A stretch of 47,618 nucleotides of DNA from an uncultured virus (IMG/VR IMGVR_UViG_3300028393_000024). Lineage: Duplodnaviria; Heunggongvirae; Uroviricota; Caudoviricetes. Shown here one piece after another: positions 19,898 through 27,051 of the stretch. The stretch's first letter is position 1, and each line of letters starts with the position of its first letter. Below the pieces are notes generated by a model. It saw nothing but the letters and a program-made list of their open reading frames with translations, was not told where the DNA came from and searched no databases. The position numbers were made by a program, and so were the translations under genes. The stretch lies in IMG/VR virus record IMGVR_UViG_3300028393_000024, one strand, 5' to 3'.

Positions 19898-20319
19898 TGG
19901 CACAGCCACTTACCGAAATCTTGTCTGCCATGAATGCAGACCCAAAAAATCTTGACAAGTTCAAGGATCGTATTCCAGCACTGAAAATTATTTTTGAGTA
20001 CGCATACCTACCTGAAAAGAAATGGCTGTTGCCTGATGGTTTGCCACCTTACAAGACAGCAGTTGAACCATTAGGCATGACACCGACAAATCTATACACA
20101 GAGTTGCGTAGGTTCTATGTGTTTTGTCGTGCGGATCTTAAACAACTTCAGCGTGAGCAGATGTTTGTTGGATTGCTTGAGGGCATTCATGAAGACGAAG
20201 CACAGTTGATGATTGCAATTAAAGATCAAAAGCTGAACAAGTTGTATCCAAAGTTGACCAAAAAGTGGGCTGAGGACACTGGGTTCATCCCAAAGGTAGA
20301 AAAAGTCCCTAAAAAGTAG
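19897..20319 (+). CDS. Conserved hypothetical protein
   Basis: WLLPDG, REQMFVGLLEGIH; follows rnh. Confidence 0.75.
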   Translation: MAQPLTEILSAMNADPKNLDKFKDRIPALKIIFEYAYLPEKKWLLPDGLPPYKTAVEPLGMTPTNLYTELRRFYVFCRADLKQLQREQMFVGLLEGIHEDEAQLMIAIKDQKLNKLYPKLTKKWAEDTGFIPKVEKVPKK

Positions 20320-20348
20320 CCAAGTCCTTGTTTTTAAACCTTTTTTAT

Positions 20349-20413
20349 TAACCCTACACCTTGTAGGGTTTTTCATGATAGTGCTTGACATTAATTCGGT
20401 TTGGACGTATAAT
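20349..20413 (+). promoter_or_regulatory. Palindrome plus sigma70 promoter
   Basis: TAACCCTAC-ACCTT-GTAGGGTT, then TTGACA-17-TATAAT. Confidence 0.85.
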
Positions 20414-20443
20414 TATCTTATGATGATTAAAAAGGAACTGAAA

Positions 20444-20680
20444 ATGACTGAATTTGAAAAGAACTGCTATGGTATGCCTGAGTCTGCTATTCGTGAACAG
20501 TACATGAGTGGAATCACTGCTCAATTGTCTGGTCTTGAAATGGTTGTTATGGGAATTATGTCTGACTGCCAGCATATGATTGAGCATGGGTTCAACAAGG
20601 AAGATGTTCGTAAACAGTTGAATGTTGCGAAGTTTATCCTCGGTGAAATTATGGAAGCCAAAATGGAAGAAAGGGTTTAA
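20444..20680 (+). CDS. Small hypothetical early protein
   Basis: AAGGA RBS downstream of the promoter. Confidence 0.65.
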   Translation: MTEFEKNCYGMPESAIREQYMSGITAQLSGLEMVVMGIMSDCQHMIEHGFNKEDVRKQLNVAKFILGEIMEAKMEERV

Positions 20681-20682
20681 TC

Positions 20683-20871
20683 ATGGCTCAGATGAAACAG
20701 TTGTGGGAAAACATTCACGAATCTCTTGACACATTTCGTGGTCCACACAACTACAAATCATGTCAAGAAATTGCCGATGAACTGGGCTGTCCAGTTGATT
20801 GGGTAAATGAAATTGTTCAACAACGCTGGGATGAGCGAGTTGGTAATGTAAAAATTGAGGAGACTGTATGA
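20683..20871 (+). CDS. Small hypothetical protein, HTH-like
   Basis: QEIADELGCPVDWV. Confidence 0.55.
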   Translation: MAQMKQLWENIHESLDTFRGPHNYKSCQEIADELGCPVDWVNEIVQQRWDERVGNVKIEETV

Positions 20872-21104
20872 GTAAAGTTGCAGATTTACATGCGAAAATT
20901 CTTGAGTTATCTGATGAGGGTTTGAAACCTGTTTCAATCTCAGGGGTTCTCGGTGTTACATTGGAAATGGTATACGATGTTCTTGAAGCAGAAGAAATCG
21001 GTGAGCCATACGATGACAGTATGGATGGTGATTTTGATTCAGCCATGGCAAGTGCTGGGCTGGGTACTGATGAAGATTATGGAGTGTATGATTATGATGA
21101 GTGA
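20868..21104 (+). CDS. Small acidic hypothetical protein
   Basis: DSMDGDFDSAMASAGLGTDEDY. Confidence 0.65.
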   Translation: MSKVADLHAKILELSDEGLKPVSISGVLGVTLEMVYDVLEAEEIGEPYDDSMDGDFDSAMASAGLGTDEDYGVYDYDE

Positions 21105-21372
21105 TTCGAAAAAAGAAATCTTGCTGATTACGCAGGAAGAATGTGCCGAGGTTATTCAAGCAATCAGTAAGGTTTTTCGGTTTGGTGCTGACGATTTCTT
21201 CAAAGGATTGAGCAATCGTCAACATCTTGAAGAAGAAATTGGTGACCTTATGTGTATGATTGACTTGCTAATTGATAATGATATCGTGGGTGAGTCAGCT
21301 GTAATGACAGCAAAGAATGAGAAACTGAATAAGTTGATGACATGGTCTAACATTTTTAAGGAAACACTATGA
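21097..21372 (+). CDS. MazG-like nucleotide pyrophosphohydrolase
   Basis: EECAEVIQAISK...LEEEIGDL. Confidence 0.75.
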   Translation: MSDSKKEILLITQEECAEVIQAISKVFRFGADDFFKGLSNRQHLEEEIGDLMCMIDLLIDNDIVGESAVMTAKNEKLNKLMTWSNIFKETL

Positions 21373-21599
21373 ACGAACTTATAATTCATGGTGTGACCAA
21401 GCGTCAAAAACGCATGTTGAATATCATGTGGAAGTTAGACACAGAGGATGACTACTTTGAGTGGTACTATTCTCTTGATAAAGAATTACAAGCTGAAGCA
21501 GATTTGCTGCAGCGCATGTTGATCATTGAGTCTTACGAAGATGACTTGAGCGATTTGAGTGATGCCAATGATGTTTTGAAGAAAGTGATGTCGATATGA
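21369..21599 (+). CDS. Hypothetical protein
   Basis: AAGGA RBS; ATGA overlap. Confidence 0.6.
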   Translation: MNELIIHGVTKRQKRMLNIMWKLDTEDDYFEWYYSLDKELQAEADLLQRMLIIESYEDDLSDLSDANDVLKKVMSI

Positions 21600-21738
21600 A
21601 TGATGAGTTGAAAGCACTGGTAGTGAAAGCAGGTGCACCAGCACCATTGCTTGATGAAATTTGGTTTAACATTTTTTGTCAGCAATTTGCAAATGTGTTG
21701 TTGACACAGGCTGAGAAAGAAGTGTTTGGAGAAACAGC

Positions 21739-21957
21739 GTGATTGAAAGCGAATTATTGAAACTGACAAACAAGGTAGATGCTGCGCTGATAAAGTGGAT
21801 CGATCAACACAAGATAGATCCACTATCGGTGAGTGCTGTTGCCATTGCTAGAATGACACTGCTTTGTGACTCTCTTGGTATCGGTGAGGAATTTAGAAAA
21901 TTCTGTTTAGAAGTTGGAAATAAACCAGTGCCAGATCAAAATGGAGTCGTACATTGA
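21739..21957 (+). CDS. Hypothetical protein
   Basis: GGAG RBS, GTG start. Confidence 0.55.
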   Translation: MIESELLKLTNKVDAALIKWIDQHKIDPLSVSAVAIARMTLLCDSLGIGEEFRKFCLEVGNKPVPDQNGVVH

Positions 21958-22448
21958 AAGATAAGTGGATTCGTGCTTACATGGACACAGCTGAACGATT
22001 TGCTCAGTTGTCTTCAGCAAAGCGATTGCATGTTGGTGCCATTGTTGTAAAAGATGATCGTATCATTTCCATTGGATATAATGGTATGCCTTCTGGTTGG
22101 ACAAACGAATGTGAAGATAAAATTTATGTTGATTCATCGCTAGAAGAATCAATGTTATATCAGAGCAAGGTAGATGTTTATCTTGATGTGAATAAAAAAT
22201 TATATGAATTAAAATCTAAACCAGAGGTGCTTCATGCTGAAACAAATGCGATTGCGAAACTTGCTAAGTCTAACGAATCTGGTCTGGGTGCTACTATGTT
22301 TATTACCCATGCTCCATGTTTGGACTGTGCCAAACTTATCTACCAAAGTGGTATTGGCAGTGTTCTATATCGGGACTCTTATCGCAATACTGCTGGTGTC
22401 GATTTTCTTGAAACATGCAAAATAAATGTAAAAAAGATTGACATTTAA
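21954..22448 (+). CDS. dCMP deaminase
   Basis: VGAIVV, GYNG, HAETNAI, THAPCLDCAK. Confidence 0.93.
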   Translation: MKDKWIRAYMDTAERFAQLSSAKRLHVGAIVVKDDRIISIGYNGMPSGWTNECEDKIYVDSSLEESMLYQSKVDVYLDVNKKLYELKSKPEVLHAETNAIAKLAKSNESGLGATMFITHAPCLDCAKLIYQSGIGSVLYRDSYRNTAGVDFLETCKINVKKIDI

Positions 22449-22477
22449 TCAAATTGAGTGTATAATTACTATAAATA
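22438..22477 (+). promoter_or_regulatory. sigma70 promoter followed by a T4 late promoter
   Basis: TTGACA(22438)-17-TATAAT(22461); TATAAATA at 22470. Confidence 0.8.
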
Positions 22478-22523
22478 AACAAAGGACTGAAAAGTTCTTA
22501 CTGAATCAAAGGAAAAATTTTCA

Positions 22524-22640
22524 ATGTCGTTAAGATCCATACCTATGCATAAGCAGCTACCACTCTTTAGTGGATGGACATGCTCACGCACACCAGTATT
22601 GGGTTATGCGATTGAGAATGATAAGAGAGGGTTTCGGTAA
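22524..22640 (+). CDS. Leader peptide (38 aa) containing all 20 amino acids
   Basis: AAAGGA RBS; MSLRSIPMHKQLPLFSGWTCSRTPVLGYAIENDKRGFR*. Confidence 0.75.
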   Translation: MSLRSIPMHKQLPLFSGWTCSRTPVLGYAIENDKRGFR

Positions 22641-22707
22641 GTAGACTAGTCTAACAGATTATTTACCCAAACCCTCAGAGATGAAAGTCCTGAGGGTTTT
22701 TTGTTTT
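22627..22707 (+). terminator. Attenuator: mutually exclusive antiterminator and intrinsic terminator
   Basis: 22627-22644 pairs with 22659-22676; terminator stem 22669-22699 has a GAAA loop and U-tract. Confidence 0.8.
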
Positions 22708-22713
22708 GAGGTA

Positions 22714-22867
22714 TACCCTACCATCGTGTAGGGTTATCGCTTGACTTAAATGTGGATCTGAGTTATACTTGAGGTTCTGATGTGATAAGGTGCTATGATT
22801 AAAGACCCTACGAACTGTAAGGTTACTAAAAATAGTCCTTGACATTAAATAGGATCTGAGTTATACT
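22714..22867 (+). promoter_or_regulatory. Tandem sigma70 promoters, each preceded by the CCCTAC palindrome
   Basis: TTGACT(22741)-17-TATACT and TTGACA(22839)-17-TATACT; shared GGATCTGAGTTATACTTGAGGTTCTG. Confidence 0.85.
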
Positions 22868-22934
22868 TGAGGTTCTGGTTGTTTCAAAACGCAAAGCACG
22901 CTGAAAAGCAAAAAGCTGAGCAGGAAACATTAAA

Positions 22935-22965
22935 TGGGCAGAGCCCAGCCAACTGTTCTTTAAAA
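22935..22965 (+). promoter_or_regulatory. boxB-like hairpin plus boxA antitermination element
   Basis: TGGGCAGAGCCCA hairpin; TGTTCTTTAAAA at 22954 resembles rrn boxA TGCTCTTTAACA. Confidence 0.65.
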
Positions 22966-22983
22966 TTTTGCGATAGTTATTGT

Positions 22984-23057
22984 TGGGGCATAGTGAAGTG
23001 GTATCACTACGGATTTTGAATCCGTCGTTCTTGGTTCGATTCCAAGTGCCCCTGCCA
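22984..23057 (+). tRNA. tRNA-Gln(TTG)
   Basis: Cloverleaf, ACGGA-TTTTGAA-TCCGT, encoded CCA. Confidence 0.9.
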
Positions 23058-23294
23058 AACTAAAATGCATTGGTTACCAAGCCAGTAGGTATTTTATGCA
23101 GAGTTCTAAATCCCAGTGACGGCTGGGCTCTGCTAAGATACATGAAAGATGGAAACGAAACCGAAAGGTGGATACGGTGGTCACGCTGGAACAACTTGGC
23201 AAGTAATGTGGTTAACAGACAAGTCCGTGGACGGCACGGTAGGTCAGGTTCAAATCTGAGTTCTCTGTTAAACACCCAGTGTATTTTAGTTTGG
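23055..23294 (+). ncRNA. Unknown structured RNA (about 240 nt)
   Basis: 19-bp closing stem with 2 G-U pairs; internal hairpins including ACC-GAAA-GGT. Confidence 0.6.
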
Positions 23295-23299
23295 TATAT

Positions 23300-23375
23300 G
23301 CACCATTCGTCTATCGGTTAGGACATGTCTCTTTCACAGACAAAAGGAGGGGTTCGATTCCCCCATGGTGTACCA
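23300..23375 (+). tRNA. tRNA-Glu(TTC)
   Basis: TGTCT-CTTTCAC-AGACA, CCA. Confidence 0.9.
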
Positions 23376-23382
23376 AAGTTTT

Positions 23383-23471
23383 GGAAGTGTGTGCTGAATT
23401 GGTTGAAGGCAACGGACTGTAAATCCGCCACATAAGAAACGCTGTAGGTTCGAATCCTACCACTTCCACCA
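23383..23471 (+). tRNA. tRNA-Tyr(GTA)
   Basis: CTGTAAA loop, long variable region, CCA. Confidence 0.9.
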
Positions 23472-23478
23472 GTTTTTT

Positions 23479-23553
23479 GGCTCGTTCATATAATGGTCAT
23501 TATACCTGTCTGTCTAACAGGATACAGGGGTTCGATTCCCCTACGAGTCGCCA
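23479..23553 (+). tRNA. tRNA-Asp(GTC)
   Basis: CCTGT-CTGTCTA-ACAGG, CCA. Confidence 0.9.
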
Positions 23554-23572
23554 AGTTTTTGAGGAGTTTGAT

Positions 23573-23920
23573 ATGGAAAAAATGTTAGGAAAAGTTTTTA
23601 CATCGGTGAGACAAGATGGCAATGAGATGGTGTTTGAGAATGCGACAGAAAGATTCAAGTTCTTCCACTATCAAGATTGTTGCGAATCTGTTTACATCGA
23701 TGACATCGTTGGTGATTTGTCTGACTTAGAAGGTGAACCACTGTTGGTTGCTGAAGAAGTTTCGGGTGAAGCACCTGTGTTGGATGATGAGTATCATGAG
23801 TGCGTTGAGTGGACTTTCTACAAATTCGCAACTCGCAAAGGATATGTTGATGTTCGTTGGTTCGGTGAGTCAAATGGCTACTACTCGACTAGCGTTAGCA
23901 TGGAACATGAGTTAGTATAG
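23573..23920 (+). CDS. Hypothetical protein in the tRNA array
   Basis: GAGGAG RBS; HYQDCCESV, WTFYK, RWFGESNGYYS. Confidence 0.8.
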   Translation: MEKMLGKVFTSVRQDGNEMVFENATERFKFFHYQDCCESVYIDDIVGDLSDLEGEPLLVAEEVSGEAPVLDDEYHECVEWTFYKFATRKGYVDVRWFGESNGYYSTSVSMEHELV

Positions 23921-23922
23921 AT

Positions 23923-23998
23923 GCCGAGGTAGCTCAGTTGGTAGAGCACTTGTTTGAAGCACAAGGTGTGGGCGGTTCGATCCCGTCTCTCGGTACCA
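23923..23998 (+). tRNA. tRNA-Phe(GAA)
   Basis: CTTGT-TTGAAGC-ACAAG, CCA. Confidence 0.9.
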
Positions 23999-24003
23999 GT
24001 TAT

Positions 24004-24079
24004 GCCCCATTAGTAAAATGGATGATTACACTGTGCTACGAACGCAGGGGTGGAGGTTCAATTCCTTCATGGGGTACCA
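24004..24079 (+). tRNA. tRNA-Arg(ACG)
   Basis: CTGTG-CTACGAA-CGCAG, CCA. Confidence 0.9.
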
Positions 24080-24100
24080 ATTAATTTTAGGAGAAGAAAG

Positions 24101-24241
24101 ATGAAACGAAAGATGATCGCCAAGCAACGTAACCAGTTCGTTGTTCTGGCACTATTTAGAAAAGCTGGTGCGCATCGCAAGACAAACAAAGCATTGCGCA
24201 GGTTAGATAAGATTCGGGGGTATAACTTAACGGCAAAGTAG
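24101..24241 (+). CDS. Small very basic protein; stop codon inside tRNA-Lys
   Basis: AGGAG RBS; MKRKMIAKQRNQFVVLALFRKAGAHRKTNKALRR. Confidence 0.65.
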   Translation: MKRKMIAKQRNQFVVLALFRKAGAHRKTNKALRRLDKIRGYNLTAK

Positions 24242-24289
24242 TTGGCTTTTAACCAACAAATCAGAGTTCGATTCTCTGTGCCCCTACCA
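24216..24289 (+). tRNA. tRNA-Lys(TTT)
   Basis: GTTGG-CTTTTAA-CCAAC, CCA. Confidence 0.9.
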
Positions 24290-24302
24290 AGAATTCTTTG
24301 GT

Positions 24303-24376
24303 GTGACCATAACTTAATGGTAAAGTCGTGGATTGTGATTCCGCTTATCTGGGTTCAATTCCCAGTGGTCACCCCA
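24303..24376 (+). tRNA. tRNA-His(GTG)
   Basis: GTGGA-TTGTGAT-TCCGC, C73, CCA. Confidence 0.9.
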
Positions 24377-24385
24377 AAGAATTCT

Positions 24386-24460
24386 AGTGATATAGCAAAG
24401 TGGTAATGCGCTTGCTTCATACGCAAGTTATCGTAGGTTCGAATCCTACTATCACTACCA
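24386..24460 (+). tRNA. tRNA-Met(CAT), probably elongator
   Basis: CTTGC-TTCATAC-GCAAG, paired 1:72. Confidence 0.8.
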
Positions 24461-24466
24461 AGATAA

Positions 24467-24558
24467 GGAAAGTAATGCAGCGGGGTTGGTCCTGCGACCA
24501 GCCTTGAAAACTGGGTTCTCCGAAAGGGGATGGGGTTCGACTCCTCTGCTTTCCGCCA
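24467..24558 (+). tRNA. tRNA-Ser(TGA)
   Basis: CTTGAAA loop, long variable arm, G73. Confidence 0.88.
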
Positions 24559-24566
24559 AATAGTAT

Positions 24567-24641
24567 GCTCGGTAGACCGAATGGTGAGGTACTGTCTTGA
24601 TAAGGCAGCTGTAGATGGATCGTAACCATCACCGAGTACCA
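24567..24641 (+). tRNA. tRNA-Ile(GAT)
   Basis: CTGTC-TTGATAA-GGCAG; atypical T-loop ATCGTAA. Confidence 0.85.
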
Positions 24642-24643
24642 GT

Positions 24644-24721
24644 GCCCCACTGGACAAATTGGTAAAGTCGCTTCTCTCAAAAGGAAGAGGTATCCCTGTT
24701 CGAATCAGGGGTGGGGTACCA
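24644..24721 (+). tRNA. tRNA-Leu(CAA), short variable loop
   Basis: CTTCT-CTCAAAA-GGAAG, CCA. Confidence 0.85.
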
Positions 24722-24729
24722 AAGTTAAT

Positions 24730-24806
24730 GCCGAGGTGATGGAATTGGTATACGTGTTGGTCTTAGAAACCAAATTTTGCGAGTTCGAGTCTCGCCCTCG
24801 GCACCA
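24730..24806 (+). tRNA. tRNA-Leu(TAG), short variable loop
   Basis: TTGGT-CTTAGAA-ACCAA, CCA. Confidence 0.88.
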
Positions 24807-24807
24807 A

Positions 24808-25023
24808 ATGAAAGTTATTATGTATAGAATAAATGAAAAAGAATTTGAAAATTTAGATGAAGCACTGAAACATGCCAAGTTGATGAAAGAGTTTGTTACT
24901 ATTGTTGGTAACAATATGGAAATCTGTGGTGTGTTTGGTGTTGATGAAGTTAAGAATGGTTTGACACCAGATGGTCATGAGTACAGCTGGGTCAAACGAA
25001 GAGCCTTGTTAACTCAGCGGTAG
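24808..25023 (+). CDS. Hypothetical protein; stop codon inside tRNA-Val
   Basis: MKVIMYRINEKEF...GVFGVDEV...PDGHEYSWVKRR; start may be at 24820. Confidence 0.6.
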   Translation: MKVIMYRINEKEFENLDEALKHAKLMKEFVTIVGNNMEICGVFGVDEVKNGLTPDGHEYSWVKRRALLTQR

Positions 25024-25077
25024 AGTGTCTCTTTTACACGGAGAAGGTCGGCAGTTCGATCCTGTCACAAGGTACCA
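25003..25077 (+). tRNA. tRNA-Val(TAC)
   Basis: TCTCT-TTTACAC-GGAGA, CCA. Confidence 0.9.
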
Positions 25078-25086
25078 AGTTTTTAT

Positions 25087-25161
25087 GCAGGATTAATTCA
25101 GTGGTAGAATGTCTCGTTGCCAACGAGAATGTCATCGGTTCGAACCCGATATCCTGCTCCA
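25087..25161 (+). tRNA. tRNA-Gly(GCC)
   Basis: TCTCG-TTGCCAA-CGAGA, U73. Confidence 0.9.
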
Positions 25162-25247
25162 AGTTTTGTGGTAAGGAAAGTAAAAGGAGAATGGGCAAGT
25201 TGTTGACTAATCAATGACCAGATACCTCACCTGCCACAATTTTATTA

Positions 25248-25324
25248 TTCCCCAGTAGCACAGCGGTAGTTGCACTTGACTGTTAATCAAGGTGTCCGTG
25301 GTTCGATCCCACGCTGGGGAGCCA
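25248..25324 (+). tRNA. tRNA-Asn(GTT)
   Basis: CTTGA-CTGTTAA-TCAAG, G73. Confidence 0.9.
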
Positions 25325-25333
25325 AGTTTTTAT

Positions 25334-25410
<77 letters not shown>

Positions 25411-25495
25411 TATAAAAGTCCACTGAATATAAAGAGGTGGCAGATTAATCACCGAAAGGTTTGATTAGCAGTCGGTGGAAACCCGACACCAATTT

Positions 25496-25570
25496 GGGGG
25501 ATTCATATACTGGGTATTATGCCTGCCTTGCACGTAGGTCAAAAGAGTTCGATTCTCTTATCCTCCACCA
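25496..25570 (+). tRNA. tRNA-Ala(TGC)
   Basis: CTTGCAC loop; G3-U70 identity pair. Confidence 0.9.
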
Positions 25571-25574
25571 ATTT

Positions 25575-25648
25575 GCCCTTTTAGTTAAATGGTATAACAC
25601 CTGTTTTGTAATCAGGTATCGGCAGTTCGATTCTGTCATGGGGCACCA
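25575..25648 (+). tRNA. tRNA-Thr(TGT)
   Basis: TTTGTAA loop, CCA. Confidence 0.85.
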
Positions 25649-25652
25649 ATAT

Positions 25653-25726
25653 ATCTCGCTGGTGTAATGGCAGCACGATGGTCTCCAAAACCATTAGTCG
25701 GGGTTCGAGTCCCTGGCGGGATGCCA
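25653..25726 (+). tRNA. tRNA-Trp(CCA)
   Basis: ATGGT-CTCCAAA-ACCAT, G73. Confidence 0.9.
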
Positions 25727-25733
25727 AATGTAT

Positions 25734-25825
25734 AGAGAGTTGGATGAGTGGCTTAAATCAACAGTTTGCTAAACTGTCGGGTGGCGAAAGCTGCCCCAAG
25801 GGTTCGAATCCCTTACTCTCTGCCA
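25734..25825 (+). tRNA. tRNA-Ser(GCT)
   Basis: ACAGT-TTGCTAA-ACTGT, long variable arm. Confidence 0.9.
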
Positions 25826-25976
25826 ATGGGTCAAGTATGAATGGTAACTTTTGAGTAACGAATTGAGGTGTGAAAGTTTTTACGCAAGTGTAACTCCCAT
25901 GTTCAACATAGGATCCTGTCGATGAAGACAGTAGAGTTTGAGATGCTTCTTGTGGTGTTATCATGATTTTATTTAT

Positions 25977-26051
25977 GCCCCGATAGTATAATGGATAATG
26001 CAATGGTCTTCTACACCATGAATGTGGGTTCAATTCCTGCTCGGGGCACCA
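25977..26051 (+). tRNA. tRNA-Arg(TCT)
   Basis: ATGGT-CTTCTAC-ACCAT, CCA. Confidence 0.9.
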
Positions 26052-26057
26052 TGGTTT

Positions 26058-26134
26058 GCGGATATGATGGAATTGGTATACATACAAGACTTAAAATCTT
26101 GGTTCTCCGAGTTCGAGTCTCGGTATCCGCACCA
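26058..26134 (+). tRNA. tRNA-Leu(TAA), short variable loop
   Basis: CAAGA-CTTAAAA-TCTTG, CCA. Confidence 0.88.
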
Positions 26135-26136
26135 AT

Positions 26137-26213
26137 GTTCCTTTAGCATAACTGGTTAATGCTGTCAACTCATAATTGATAAGATGAGGGTTCGAATCCC
26201 TTGGGGGACACCA
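26137..26213 (+). tRNA. tRNA with CAT anticodon, probably Ile2 (lysidine)
   Basis: GTCAA-CTCATAA-TTGAT; Ile2 versus Met is inferred. Confidence 0.75.
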
Positions 26214-26230
26214 TCTAAATAGGAGTGAGT

Positions 26231-26359
26231 ATGGCAAATGTAAAGCAAGGCAATCTTACTAAAAGTCCTCAATGGTGGAAACATCTGCGAGATTGGAAGC
26301 GTATCTTTTGGAAAACTGAACGCAAAGCACAGAAGAGAGCAATTCGAAAGGAAGAATGA
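26231..26359 (+). CDS. Small basic Trp-rich protein (42 aa)
   Basis: AGGAG RBS; MANVKQGNLTKSPQWWKHLRDWKRIFWKTERK. Confidence 0.65.
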   Translation: MANVKQGNLTKSPQWWKHLRDWKRIFWKTERKAQKRAIRKEE

Positions 26360-26360
26360 T

Positions 26361-26915
26361 ATGAATGTTCTAGCACTAGATTCTTCAGGTTTACCAAGAG
26401 CATGGGTAAATTTTGATGACGCAATTTGTTACCATGCCAAAGACCAAGTTGTTTGGTCGCTTGGTGAAACTATCGCAACATATCGTGGTGGCTATCGTAA
26501 TGATGGGACACAATCAGTACTAGAAACTAAATCTATCATTGCCGTAAAAGGTAATACTTCTATTGAAAAGATTGGGAAAGTTGTTCTAACAAACAAAACA
26601 TTGTTCGGCAGAGACAGACACATGTGCGCTTACTGCGGTGACGTACATGGTTCTGGTCATTTGTCTAGAGATCATATTCATCCTGTATCAAAGGGTGGTT
26701 TGAACACATGGATGAATGTGGTCACTGCTTGTCTAAAGTGCAATGCCAAGAAAGGTAGCAAATCTTTAGAGAAAGCAAAAATGGAATTGATGTATATTCC
26801 ATACGAACCAAACCACTACGAAAGAATGATTCTTGAAAATAGAAATATTCTTGCTGATCAAATGGACTACTTGTTATCAGGTGTTCCTAAACACAGCAGA
26901 GTAAGATTAATGTAG
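26361..26915 (+). CDS. HNH endonuclease; stop codon inside tRNA-Cys
   Basis: RDRHMCAYCG, DHIHPVSKGG, NVVTACLKCNAKKG. Confidence 0.9.
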   Translation: MNVLALDSSGLPRAWVNFDDAICYHAKDQVVWSLGETIATYRGGYRNDGTQSVLETKSIIAVKGNTSIEKIGKVVLTNKTLFGRDRHMCAYCGDVHGSGHLSRDHIHPVSKGGLNTWMNVVTACLKCNAKKGSKSLEKAKMELMYIPYEPNHYERMILENRNILADQMDYLLSGVPKHSRVRLM

Positions 26916-26987
26916 GTGTGCGCTGAATGGCTAGGCAACAGATTGCAAATCTGAATAATGCAGGTTCGAGTCCTGTCACCTACTCCA
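26912..26987 (+). tRNA. tRNA-Cys(GCA)
   Basis: TTGCAAA loop, U73, CCA. Confidence 0.88.
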
Positions 26988-27003
26988 AATCTTGCAGTTG
27001 ATT

Positions 27004-27032
27004 TGACATTAAGAGATGTTTATAGTATAATT
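27004..27032 (+). promoter_or_regulatory. sigma70 promoter
   Basis: TTGACA-17-TATAAT. Confidence 0.75.
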
Positions 27033-27051
27033 ATTTTATTGAAGCGAGGAA

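Noticed and set aside
22642..22653. Perfect palindrome TAGACTAGTCTA as a separate operator
   Set aside because: Single short instance lying mostly in the antiterminator loop; no independent support
23477..23572. N-terminal extensions of ORF-track calls 23477-23920, 24050-24241, 24736-25023 and 28223-28555
   Set aside because: The extensions run through tRNA genes; downstream ATGs give more plausible starts
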